Positions 25,120 to 36,294 of a stretch of 64,000 nt of DNA are shown here, piece after piece. Each line of letters begins with the position of its first letter. Positions within the stretch are counted from its first letter, which is position 1. Both the position numbers and the translations under genes were made by a program. The notes under the pieces were generated by a model. It had not been told where the DNA came from. It saw only the letters and a list, made by a program, of their open reading frames with translations, and did not search any database. Source of the stretch: Laetmonice hystrix (lineage: Eukaryota); NCBI GenBank assembly GCA_965235115.1, contig OZ249436.1, positions 1,552,001 to 1,616,000 on the forward strand. The letters are read 5' to 3'.

Positions 25120-26549
25120 GACTGTAGTAAAATATTTTGAGTGAATGATAGCACGCTGAACGTTGAACAAAGTATGTTTCCGAGGAATCCCAGTATTGGT
25201 TTTATAACGCGTTGGGAGGAGTGAGTGTGGAGTTGAGTGTTGATGGCAAGAGGAGGTTATTTGTGAGGTGTGATAACGGGTGCTTACTCTGACCAAATCT
25301 CTCAGCTTTGACACCTTACAAAGTCCTGAGAGAAATAATTTCATTGTTTTATATTATAACGGATTTCATAGGCGTCCCAGGGGAGCGGAGTGGGCGAGGG
25401 TGCGAACGCCCCCCCCCCCCCCACCCGGCCAACGGTGCCCCGAAAATGTTCAAGATTCATTGGTGCAAAAGGTATCAAAACGGAGCCTGGTAGTTCTGTC
25501 CTGACCAGGTGGCACCTGGAGTCGAATTTGATCTATCCTTTGGAAAACATGGGAAGGCCTTTGGCCTCATAGGCCTAAATCCTGAAGGAATCTGACCTAC
25601 AGTTGCTTTGTTATAATATATCTATGTGATATGGCTTTTCTTAAATATTATTATTGAATAGGTTGAATATGGCACGGACACTGTTAATTTTCTTTGTTAG
25701 TGTATAATAGGTTACGCCCCTGCATGGCTCTAGATGTGTCGGGAAGAGTTCTGCATGCTCGTTATTGGGATGTACGGAATTTGGATCCCCGCAATTAGAC
25801 CCAGAAATCTTGTGGGCCCTACCGCCCTCCCAATCACTTGATGTGTGATAACTGTTGGGTAGGTGGCGAGTAAAATATAGTTGGTCGGTTCAGGATTTTT
25901 CTTCTTGGACGAGCCCTAGCTATAGGCCTGAAAGGGGCAAATCTAGGAATGTTTGGAGAACTGAGAGGGTCGCTAACCATGCATTAATCCAAGCCATCAA
26001 AAAAAATAAATCTACACTTCAGCTAAATGAAGACGTTTATTTCATTTCATTAAGAGTCACATTCTTGTAGTTGAGCGTCACGTTGATACAAGACAATGAG
26101 ATCAATGCATGCATAAAACTACAGCAGTCGACAACACTATGCATGCGGCCAGCGCATACTGGATAACGTAGTTGACATTATATAAACGAAGCAGATAACT
26201 TTTTCATAGTTATCCCTGAGTCTTTGACACTTGCTATGTCAGGGAAACGAGAGATGTGATATCAACTTTTATAACAATAAATACACGTACTAGAACATAA
26301 GTCCTATTTTCATTGGATTTCTGTTTTAATTTTCCTTAATAGCTATACCCACAGGTCTCCTGCCAGCTCCATGATTTGTGCGTGATGATGAAGTGAGATT
26401 AGTAACACATTCTCCGCCAGGGAGGAAGTTTTTCAATCCCTCATGTCTGAGAAACCATCACCGAGAGATCGAGTTTCTTGAGCTCGAGTTGTGACTACCT
26501 GACCGTCCTTCAACGTGGTTCTCTCCTGTTCCCATTCTGAAGGGATCAT

Positions 26550-28296
26550 TCAAGGGATTCGTCGGCTGGGTCGTTCTTCTCCGAAACGTCGGCTGGGTCG
26601 TTCTTCTCCATCTCCACCGAAACGTCGGCTGGGTCGCTGTTCTCCATCTCCACCGAAACGTCGGCTGGGTCGTTCTTCTCCATCTCCACCGAAACGTCGG
26701 CTGGGTCGTTCTTCTCCATCTCCACCGAAACGTCGGCTGGGTCGTTCTTCTCCATCTCCACCGAAACGTTGGCTGGGTCGTTCTTCTCCATCTCCACCGA
26801 AACGTCGGCTGTGTCGTTCTTCCCCATCTCCACCGAAACGTCGGCTGGGTCGCTGTTCTCCATCTTCACCGAAACGTCGGCTGGGTCGCTGTTCTCCATC
26901 TCCACCGAAACGTCGGCTGGGTCGTTCTTCTCCATCTTCACCGAAACGTCGGCTGGGTCGCTGTTCTCCATCTCCACCGAAACGTCGGCTGGGTCGCTGT
27001 TCTCCATCTCCACCGAAACGTCGGCTGGGTCGCTGTTCTCCATCTCCACCGAAACGTCGGCTGGGTCGCTGTTCTCCATCTCCACCGAAACGTCGGCTGG
27101 GTCGCTGTTCTCCATCTCCACCGAAACGTCCACTGCGAGGTCGCTCCTGTCCATCACCACGTCGGCAAGGACCCCTGGCAGGCAGGATCTCTTTGAGGTC
27201 ACACCCCTGGTTGTTATCCTCTTCATCATCCAGGATAGAATCCTCATCGTCTTCCTCATCCTCGCCCTCATCTTCCTCATCTTGCTCGTCACCGAATGGG
27301 TCAATAGACTCCTCGTCCTCCTCCAAGGATGATCCAAACCATGGGTTCTCGGGAACACAGATGGACAGCTCGATGTCAGACCTCGAACGTCGCAGCTGTA
27401 CACAGCTCAGGTCTCCCGGGCAGGCTTTCTCTACAAGTGTTTCTCCAGTCGTTCTGTTCACCTTCTTGCATACCTGAGGAGGAAAGAGATGACGATTAAA
27501 ATGAATGCATGTACTTGACATAGTAAGTATAATGACGTGTTGACCTGATGCTAAGTACATGTATATAAAAGGCTAGAATTTTCTGACTTGTTAACTGCAT
27601 GGGAATAGGCTTAAATCCGTGCATTGGGTTAATCCTGAGACTAATTCTGTTCTTGAATACAGCTAAAATAATATCAGTTTCTTAAAAATAATCCGGGGGA
27701 GCCCCCCCCCCCCAAAAAAAACCCCTAAAAATGTGCCCCTCTTCCTGAACCCCTGGATGCTCCACTGATATCGGTAAGTTCGCTTTCAGTGTTATCTCAT
27801 TGTTATAGTCAGTTGATAAAATTAGCGCCATGTGGCACTAGCTTTGTTTTATAATGTCTCATGAGCAACAATGAATTAAGCGTCTAACGAAGCTCGAAAT
27901 ACGCCCTACCTGTGGCTTGCAGACGTGGATTTCTAGATCCCCAAAGGGGCCTTTCTTGTTGATTGGAGAGCAGGTCAGGTTCCGTGGACAGGTTGTTTCA
28001 CATAGCACAACGTCTGAGGTAATGTTCTTCACAAGGCATCCCATGGGTCGGTGATGATGGCGGTGACCGGGCCGAGGGAACCTGTGCCGGTCAGACTCCC
28101 CGGCGTCCTGCTCATCACCCCGGCTAGGCCGGCCACCCTGTGAGGGCGATCCCCGGCGGCCTCCCAGCCGACCTCCCGCCGGCGGTGGCCCCGGCCGCCT
28201 CCCCGGCCTCCCTCCCCGGGGTCGGCCCGAGACGTCGTGGATGGCCAGTATCACCAGCACTGCCGCTATCAAACAAACTACCAAAGTCGACTTCAT
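26550..28296 (-). CDS. secreted Gly/Arg-rich, RGD-containing, Cys-module, acidic/RF-repeat protein, copy 1 (436 aa, 15 full 12-aa repeats)
   Basis: coding exons 28296-27910 and 27473-26550 (CAG|GTAGGG, CCTCAG|GTA, phase 0); non-coding exon 1 donor GTAAGT at 28600; signal peptide MKSTLVVCLIAAVLVILAIHDVSG; AATAAA at ~26036-26041. Confidence 0.88.
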
Positions 28297-28600
28297 CTTC
28301 TGGAATACAAACAGTGGCACATAGTACATTTGTAATAATATTATCTGACTTACAGTGTCCCCATACAAACAGTGGTAGGCCTACATCATCTGAGTTACGA
28401 CGTGACCCATTAACCCATACAAACAGTGGCACATCTGAGTTGGTATCCCCTGGCCTTGGTTCGTTTAGACGTGAACTAAAAGTTAAGGCCTTTAGGCCTA
28501 CATGTCAGGGGGGAAGACGGTCAACGTATCACTGAAGCCTATAGAATGTAACTAATGTTAAGTAAATGAAATAATAAATGAAAAGCTCTATTTAACTTAC

Positions 28601-28795
28601 CGAAAGTGTTCCTCAGCTGGCCTGAAGCAAGTTATGATCGATACTGCGGCAGTAGCAGAGTTGTACTTGCTGACGTCTATTCGTGCTGAGCTCAGTTCTC
28701 GTTCACTTGGACTGTTTGATGTCAACTGATGGTGGTGTGGCCGTTATATTCCCTGAGAGTCTAGAAATCGTGATCACCTCCGTGACGTCACTGCC
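28601..28795 (-). promoter_or_regulatory. promoter and non-coding first exon of the secreted gene (CRE TGACGTCA 28783-28790, TATA-like ~28744-28749)
   Basis: CRE and TATA are conserved in the 5 copies whose promoter is in the window; the exon lacks ATG and ends in CG|GTAAGT. Confidence 0.65.
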
Positions 28796-30296
28796 TGCGA
28801 GGGGTTTGTTTGAGGCCACAGATCTGCTGACGGCATGACACACGCGTGGAGGGGCAGTCGACCGTGTAGTCTGGAGTATCATTTAAAACGGGAATTAGGT
28901 TCCGATCAAGAAGATTCCTCAATTTCAAAACTGCAGCTATAGACTCTATCCGTAATATCCATCTGTCAATCTCGATCTATCTGAAATGGGTGAATGAAAT
29001 AGAGTCTGGGGTTTCGATGTTTCATTAACCCCCCCCCCCTTTAAAGAGCCACTTTAACTCCTGTGCAAACTGAGACAAAATGTGACACGTGCGACAGCCG
29101 CCTGTTGCCGCCAACAACGGCAATTCTGCTAGGGCCTATAATATGATAGTTTAGCTAGTGATGCGTACCAAACCTTGAAAAACCCATGTTTTTTTAAACA
29201 ATCCATCACAAGCATACGTTTTGACATGTGGTCGGATAGCGGGAAAGAGACTCACTCTATGAGCACGTGGAAATGAATGGGCAATAAAGAATAAATAACG
29301 TTTTGAACTTGCAACTTATTTGTTCTGTATACCTCTTCTGCATTGTCGAGTCATTCATTATCGGGTCAGACCCATTTGCAAATGGGTCAGATTCACAGAT
29401 GGCGCGTAACATATACACCAGGTTTACTGCAGTTCAATGCTTGGTTTAATCCTATCTTTAGATCTACCAGCTGTCACGACGATATATGATGCATGATTCA
29501 TTGAAGCGATCAATACAGGGCCCACTGTTTTTACTATCCTCATACCATTCACAGAGCTATTTCTGGAGGTTCCATGACGTTCCAAATGATGTTTCATATG
29601 TTAGGGAAAATGTGTAACGAATCGTGCACAATGTTCGCGGACTGCCTCACTGACGTGTGGCGGGGAGTGTACCTACGTTACTCACGTTATTTTAATTATG
29701 TGCATTGAACGTCATTAAATTATCTTCAAGATTATTCCATGTGCCTTACATATAATCACCCCACCCCTAGAAATCAAAGACAGTTCAGACCAGTCAGACA
29801 AGGGAAGGGTGGAATGGAGCAGCCAGTTGTATGCCATACTGTTATACACAGACAAAATCGATCCTACCAATCCTAAGACAAGTGGACAATACCTGAATTA
29901 CCGGGTGGCTTTTCAGTGCTACCACTCTGGATTGACCCAAAAGGTATCGAATCCTTGGAGAAAAACAAATAAAAGTTGTTTGGAAAAAGTAGGTATTTAG
30001 GTTGGGTTTCAATGATTTTGTTACCTTTTTAGGCCAGTTTTCAGCAAGTTTCAAGGAGCGCTGTACGTGGTGCTCTCGGAGATGTGACTGCTGTGGCCAC
30101 AGTTCTGCATTTATTACTGTGTCTCCTTTTCTCACCGAAAGTACACAACATAGCTTCTCTATACGCTGGTTGCAAAGACTAATTGATAGGGGGCGTAAGA
30201 AAAGATATGAGTCATGGCAGGAGGGGTCAAATATATTACTCTACGGTTTAAGGATAGAGAGACACAACAGGTATCGAATCTATTGAGAAAGAGTGT

Positions 30297-30312
30297 GGCC
30301 CTGACAAGGGCC
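30297..30312 (-). terminator. histone-type stem-loop, copy 2 (downstream element altered to CAATAGA)
   Basis: GGCCCTTGTCAGGGCC. Confidence 0.7.
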
Positions 30313-30342
30313 GTCTAGGTTTGTGTGAGAGAATGGTTCTCT

Positions 30343-30663
30343 TCACTGGTGCTGGTCGTCAAGGCCCTCGTACACCTCGGCCCAGTCGACCTGAAACTCC
30401 TCCATGAGGCGGTCCTGCATATCGTCCAGGAGGTCGGCACGGCTGTTGGCGTACTCCCAGAACATGTTCCTCACTCCCTCCAGGGTGACCAGACGGAGAC
30501 GGTTGTGGTAGCGGAAGGAGCGGCGGTTCTTGCGGACGGCACGGTCGTATTTGGTATTCATTTCCTTGATACGGTTGTTGAGGAGAATGAGTTGCTGACA
30601 GGCCACCTTGAACTTGCGGTCCATCTGGCGCATCTCTGAGATCAGTTTTTCAACCGTAGCCAT
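30343..30663 (-). CDS. intronless 106-aa coiled-coil protein, copy 2 (type A, MATVEK)
   Basis: paralog of copy 1; TATATAA at ~30743-30749. Confidence 0.85.
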   Translation of the reverse strand: MATVEKLISEMRQMDRKFKVACQQLILLNNRIKEMNTKYDRAVRKNRRSFRYHNRLRLVTLEGVRNMFWEYANSRADLLDDMQDRLMEEFQVDWAEVYEGLDDQHQ

Positions 30664-30888
30664 GACTGTAGTAAGATATGCTGGGGAATGGTTGCACGCT
30701 AATGGCTGAACGAAGTATGTTCCCAAGTAGTCCTAGTGCCGGTTATATATGGTGAGAAAGAGTGAGTGTGGAGGTGAGTGTTGATGGCAAGAGGAGGTTA
30801 TTTGTGAGGTGTGATAACGGGTGCTCACTCTGACCTAGTCGCTCAGCTTTGACACCTGACAAAGGTGTCAGTACTTGATCTTGTCCGC

Positions 30889-31049
30889 CTCTGTCTCTCT
30901 CTCTATCTCTGTCTATCCCTGTGTCTCTCTGTCTCTTTCTCCCTCTTTCTCGCTCTCTGTCTGTCTCTCTCTCTCCCCCTCTCTCTCATTCCCTCTGTCT
31001 CACTCTCTCCCCTCTCTCTTTCTCTCATTCCCTCTCTCTCATTCTCTCC

Positions 31050-31121
<72 letters not shown>
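30889..31121. repeat. GA/CT microsatellite upstream of type-A gene copy 2
   Basis: imperfect then perfect (CT)n; equivalents at ~32734-32915, 40003-40222, 46575-46660, 52834-53213 and 59382-59472. Confidence 0.92.
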
Positions 31122-32132
31122 ACATGCTGATGCATGAAGTCATTAGGCCTATTAGCCAGTAATACTCCTCTACCAACAGTAGGGCCTATGTTCAGTGTGG
31201 CCTCATATAATGGGTATTATTTTTAATCCTGGAGGAATCTGTCTTATTTCCTCTTACGTCCATAGCAATCCCTCCGTCAGAGGGCCTCGCGGTATTCCGC
31301 CCGTGTAGTTTATGCCCACTCCGTAAGAGGGCGCCTTAGTGCGTTACCATGTAGCCTCCCCCCTGCAGACTGGCAGATTTCAGGTGGCTAGTAATCCGGT
31401 TCGATAGCCTGCAGGGGGGAGGGGGAAGGGGGCAACTAACCCCCGGGATATCCAGTTTTAAATCATTATTATCGGACTTGGATCTCCAAAATTGACACTG
31501 GAAGTGACACCTAGTACTTCCTCAGGAGGCACTGACCTCCTGCGTATTTGGGCCAGACTGCAACCCTGATGGTATATCAGCCCTTTTTCCTCCCTATTTT
31601 GCGATAAAAGCTTCAAGTGTGAACATGTTTTTTTTCACAATAGTCTGATATGGTATCGATTAAATAGAATTAGGATAATTAATATTTTGGGGGCATTTTT
31701 AAGTTTTATTCTTGGAATGTAATTTTCACACCCCACCGCCGCGTTAAAAGGTTTAATGATTCAGCTGCACACGTGGAAAGCCAATAGGAAAGCCGTGCAG
31801 CAATGCGTGGAAAAGTACTGGAAGTTGTTGAAGAGTAGCAAGTGGACAGATAGATGGATGCATTGATAAACAGTTTAATAGTATAGAGTTTCACATTATG
31901 GGAATATTTGATGCATTTGCTCGTGTAATTTAGGCAGCCACAATATTAAATTCCCTTTTGAAACATTGCCGGATAACTTGCTGCTCTTTCTACACAGCTT
32001 GCAAAGAATGATTGATGGGGGAAGGAATAACAGGCAACATTGGCGTCATAGTAGAAGGAGGTCAAAATATGTTACTCTACGGTTTAAGGATTGAGAGACA
32101 CAACAAGTATCGAATCTCTTGAGACAGAGTGT

Positions 32133-32148
32133 GGCCCTGACAAGGGCC
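32133..32148 (-). terminator. histone-type stem-loop, copy 3
   Basis: GGCCCTTGTCAGGGCC + CAAGAGA. Confidence 0.75.
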
Positions 32149-32178
32149 GTGTAGGTTTGTGTGAGAGAATGGTTCTCT

Positions 32179-32499
32179 TCACTGGTGCTGGTCGTCATTG
32201 CCCTCGCACACCTCCTCCCAGTCGACCTGAAACTCCTCCATGAGGCGGTCCTGCATATCGTCCAGGAGGTCGGCACGGCTGTTGGCGTACTCCCAGAACA
32301 TGTTCCTCACCCCCTCCAGGGTGACCAGACGGAGCCGGTTGTGGTAGCGGAAGGAGCGGCGGTTCTTGCGGACGGCACGGTCGTATTTGGTATTCATTTC
32401 CTTGATACGATTGTTGAGGAGAATGAGTTGTTGACAGGCCACCTGGAACTTGCGGTCCATCTGGCGCATCTCTGAGATGAGTTTTTCAACCGTAGCCAT
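32179..32499 (-). CDS. intronless 106-aa coiled-coil protein, copy 3 (type A; extra copy in unit 1)
   Basis: intact paralogous ORF with TATA and stem-loop. Confidence 0.85.
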   Translation of the reverse strand: MATVEKLISEMRQMDRKFQVACQQLILLNNRIKEMNTKYDRAVRKNRRSFRYHNRLRLVTLEGVRNMFWEYANSRADLLDDMQDRLMEEFQVDWEEVCEGNDDQHQ

Positions 32500-32729
32500 G
32501 ACTGTAGTAAGATATGCTGGGGAATGGTCGCACGCTGATGCCTGAACGAAGTATGTTTCCAAGTAGTCCTAGTGCCGGTTATATATGGTGGAAAGAGTGA
32601 GTGTGGAGGTGAGTGTTTGTTGATGGCAAGAGTCAGTGAGGTGTGATAACGGGTGCTTACTTTGAAGTAGTCGCTCAGCTTTGACACCTGACAAAGATGT
32701 CAGACGCTCTATAGTCCTGAGATCATGGC

Positions 32730-32781
<52 letters not shown>

Positions 32782-33038
32782 TCCCTCCCGCTCTCTCAAA
32801 CACACACACACACACTCCCCCTCTCTCGCTACTCTCTCTCGCGCGCCCTCTCTCTCTCTCTCTCTCTCTCCCTTGCTCTCTCTGATCTCTCTCTCTCTCC
32901 CTCTCTCTCTCTTTCACATTGTGATGCGTGAAGTCATTAGGCCTATTAGCCAGTAACACTCCTGTACCAACCGTAGGGCATATAACCGATTCAGTGTGGT
33001 CTCATATAATGGGCGTTATTTTTAAATCCTGGAGGAAT

Positions 33039-33572
33039 ATGCCTGAAAGGAAATTAGTCCGAAAATTGACGCAGTCAATTCAACAAAACTTTAGTAAAAA
33101 GAATTATTTTAAGGGGCTTCGAGCAGTCTGGTACCATGGCGCGTCCATATCGACAATATTTTTAATTAATTAATTAAGCTCTATTTGGCTAGAGACGAAA
33201 GCACGCGAATCAAATCATGCCCTTATTTGGATCATGGGGAGAGGGCGGGCGCCGGGGAGGGGAGCAGTGCGAGGCAGCGCATGCGCGCTGTGCGATAGAG
33301 CCGCCACGACCGCCATGACCGTTAGGGCCGCATTTCTCTAGGTTCTCAGTCCATTGAGATGAAAAATATGGGATGTATCGCCTCATTATGACTCATAATC
33401 AACAACACACCTAGCACAACAATGTTATGATTACGACAGATTTTTTTGTCAGTCTAGTGGGATAGATTCAAGATCAGGTAAGCTTGAAATACGCGGATTC
33501 GTAGGAGATGGGGACACCGCTCTGACAAAACTCGGCGGTCCTATGGTGATTGATTACCTTTAATTACTGTTA
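33039..33572. mobile_element. ~530-bp insertion unique to this spacer, probable non-autonomous transposon fragment
   Basis: absent from homologous spacers (CTGGAGGAATCTGTCTT...CTTCCATAGC); ends in ...ACCTTTAA; no clear TIR pair. Confidence 0.45.
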
Positions 33573-34278
33573 GTTCCATACCACTCCCTCGGTCTGAGGG
33601 CCTCCCAGTATTCCGCCCGTATAGTTTATACCCACTCCCTAAGAGGGCAACTAAGTACGTGACCATATAGCCTTCCCCCTACTCCGTAAGAGGGCAACTA
33701 AGTACGTGACCATATAGCCTTCCCCCTACTCCCTAAGAGGACTACTAAGTACGTGACCATGTAGCCCCCCCCCCCCCCCCCCCGATTTCAGGTGGCTAAT
33801 ATACAGGTCCATAGCCTGCAGGGGAGGGAGAACGGGGCAACTGCCCCCCCCCCCCCAACTGTGATATCCAGTTTTAAATCATTATTATGGGACTTGGATC
33901 TCCAAAATTGACACTTAAAGTGACACCTAGTACTTCCTCAAGAGGCACTGATATGGTATCGATTTAATAGAATTAGGATAATTAATACTGTTGAGGCATT
34001 TTCTAAGCATTGATAAACAGTTTAATAGTATAGAGTTTCACATATTCTGGGAATATTTGCTTCATTTGCTTGTAATTTAGGCAGCCACAATGTGAAATTC
34101 CCTTTTGAAACATTGCCGGATAACTTGCTTTTCTTTCTACGCAGCTTGCAAAGAATGATTCATGGGGAAGAAAGGAAGGACAACATTGGAGTCATAGTAG
34201 AAGGGGGTCAAAATATATTACTCTACGGTTTAAGGACAGAGAGACACAACGAGTATCGAATCTCTTAAGACAGAGTGT

Positions 34279-34294
34279 GGCCCTGACAAGGGCC
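34279..34294 (-). terminator. histone-type stem-loop, copy 4
   Basis: GGCCCTTGTCAGGGCC + TAAGAGA. Confidence 0.75.
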
Positions 34295-34324
34295 GTGTAG
34301 GTTTGTGTGAGAGAATGGTTCTCT

Positions 34325-34645
34325 TCACTGGTGCTGGTCGTCATTGCCCTCGCACACCTCGGCCCAGTCGATCTGAAACTCCTCCATGAGACGGTCCTGC
34401 ATATCGTCCAGGAGGTCGGCACGGCTGTTGGCGTACTCCCAGAACATGTTCCTCACTCCCTTCAGGGTGACCAGACGGAGGCGGTTGTGGTAGCGGAAGG
34501 AGCGGCGGTTCTTGCGGACGGCACGTTCGTGTTTGGTCTTCATTTCCTTGATACGTTTGTTGAGGAGATTGATTTGCTGACAGGCCACCTGGAACTTGCG
34601 GTCCATCTGTCGCATCTCAGAGATGAGTTTATCAACTGGAGCCAT
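34325..34645 (-). CDS. intronless 106-aa coiled-coil protein, copy 4 (type B)
   Basis: intact paralogous ORF. Confidence 0.85.
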   Translation of the reverse strand: MAPVDKLISEMRQMDRKFQVACQQINLLNKRIKEMKTKHERAVRKNRRSFRYHNRLRLVTLKGVRNMFWEYANSRADLLDDMQDRLMEEFQIDWAEVCEGNDDQHQ

Positions 34646-36294
34646 GACTGTAGTAAAATATTTTGAGAAAATGATTGCACGCTGGACGTTGAACAAAGTA
34701 TGTTTCCAAGTAATCCCAGTATCGGTTTTATAACGCGTTGGGAAGAGTGAGTGTGGAGGTGAGTGTTGATGGTAAGAGGCGGTTATTTGTGAGGTGTGAT
34801 AACGGGTGCTTACTCTGACCAAATCTCTCAGCTTTGACACCTGACAAAGTCCTGAGAGAAATAAGTTCATTGTTTTATATTATAACGGATTTCATAGGCG
34901 TCCCAGGGGAGCGGAGTGGGCGAGGGTGCGAACGCCCCCCCCCCCCACCCCCACCCGGCCAACGGTGCCCCGAAAATGTTCAAGATTCATTGGTGCAAAA
35001 GGTATCAAAACGGAGCCTGGTAGTTCTGTCCTGACCAGGTGGCACCTGGAGTCGAATTTGATCTATCCTTTGGAAAACATGGGAAGGCCTTTGGCCTCAT
35101 AGGCCTAAATCCTGAAGGAATCTGACCTATAGTTGCTTTGTTATAATATATCTATGTGATATAGCTTTTCTTAAATATTATCATTGAATAGGTTGAATAT
35201 GACACGGACACTGTTAATTTTCTTTGTTAGTGTATAATAGCTTACGCCCCTGCATGGCTCTAGATGTGTCGGGAAGAGTTCTTCATGCTCGTTATTGGGA
35301 TGTACGGAATTTGGATCCCCGCATCCACAATTAGACCCAGAAATCTTGTGGGCCCTACCGCCCTCCAGATCACTTGATGTGTGATAACTGTTGGGTAGGT
35401 GGCGAGTAAAATATAGTTGGTCGGTTCAGGATTTTTCTTCTTGGACGAGCCCTGGCTATATGCCTGAAAGGGGCAAATCTAGGAATGTCTGGAGAACTGA
35501 GAGGGTCGCTAACCATGCATTAATCCAAGCCATCAAAAAAATAAATCTACACTTCAGCTAAATGAAGACGTTTATTTCATTTCATTAAGAGTCACATTCT
35601 TGTAGTTGAGCGTCACGTTGATACAAGACAATGAGATCAATGCATGCATAAAACTACAGTAGTCGACAACACTATGCATGCGGCCAGCGCATACTGGATA
35701 ACGTAGTTGACATTATATAAACGAAGCAGATAACTTTTTTATAGTTATCCCTGAGTGTTTGACACTTGCTATGTCAAGGAAACGAGAGATGTGATATCAA
35801 CTTTTATAACAATAAATACACGTACTAGAACATAAGTCCTATTTTCATTGGATTTCTGTTTTAATTTTCCTTAATAGCTATACCCACAGGTCTCCTGCCA
35901 GCTCCATGATTTGTGCGTGATGATGAAGTGAGATTAGTAACACATTCTCCGCCAGGGAGGAAGTTTTTCCATCTCTCATGTCTGAGAAACCATCACCGAG
36001 AGATCGAGTTTCTTGATCTCGAGTTGTGACTACCTGACCGTCCTTCAACGTGGTTCTCTCCTGTTCCCATTCTGAAGGGATCATTCAAGGGATTCGTCGG
36101 CTGGGTCGTTCTCCTCCGAAACGTCGGCTGGTTCGTTCTTCTCCATCTTCACCGAAACGTCGGCTGGGTCGTTCTTCTCCATCTCCACCGAAACGTCGAC
36201 TGGGTCGTTCTTCTCCATCTCCCCCGAAACGTCGGCTGGGTCGCTGTTCTCCATCTCCTCCGAAACGTCGGCTGGATCCCTGTTCTCCATCTTC

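Noticed and set aside
25120..25344. N-terminal extensions of the coiled-coil ORFs (127-181 aa in the ORF track)
   Set aside because: They start at TTG/GTG, run through the TATA box/5' UTR and differ between types; the conserved ATG gives 106 aa.
26546..27403. Alternative-frame ORF with MEKNDPADVSVE repeats
   Set aside because: Frame-shifted reading of the same repeat; not in phase with the spliced upstream exon.
26515..27477. Plus-strand ORF of repeated GRSSPSPPKRRL (protamine/SPKK-like), open in all six copies
   Set aside because: Antisense shadow of the 36-bp coding repeat: GTG/TTG start, no promoter or poly(A) support, while the minus strand has a signal peptide, splice sites and AATAAA. 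Tempting next to histone-type hairpins but unsupported without stranded RNA-seq.
27859..27909. VGRISSFVRRLIHCCS C-terminus of the 145-aa ORFs
   Set aside because: Read-through into intron 2 past the CAG|GTAGGG donor.
30865..31162. SLSLSL/ERERER ORFs (also near 32.7, 40.0, 52.8 and 59.3 kb)
   Set aside because: Translations of GA microsatellites.
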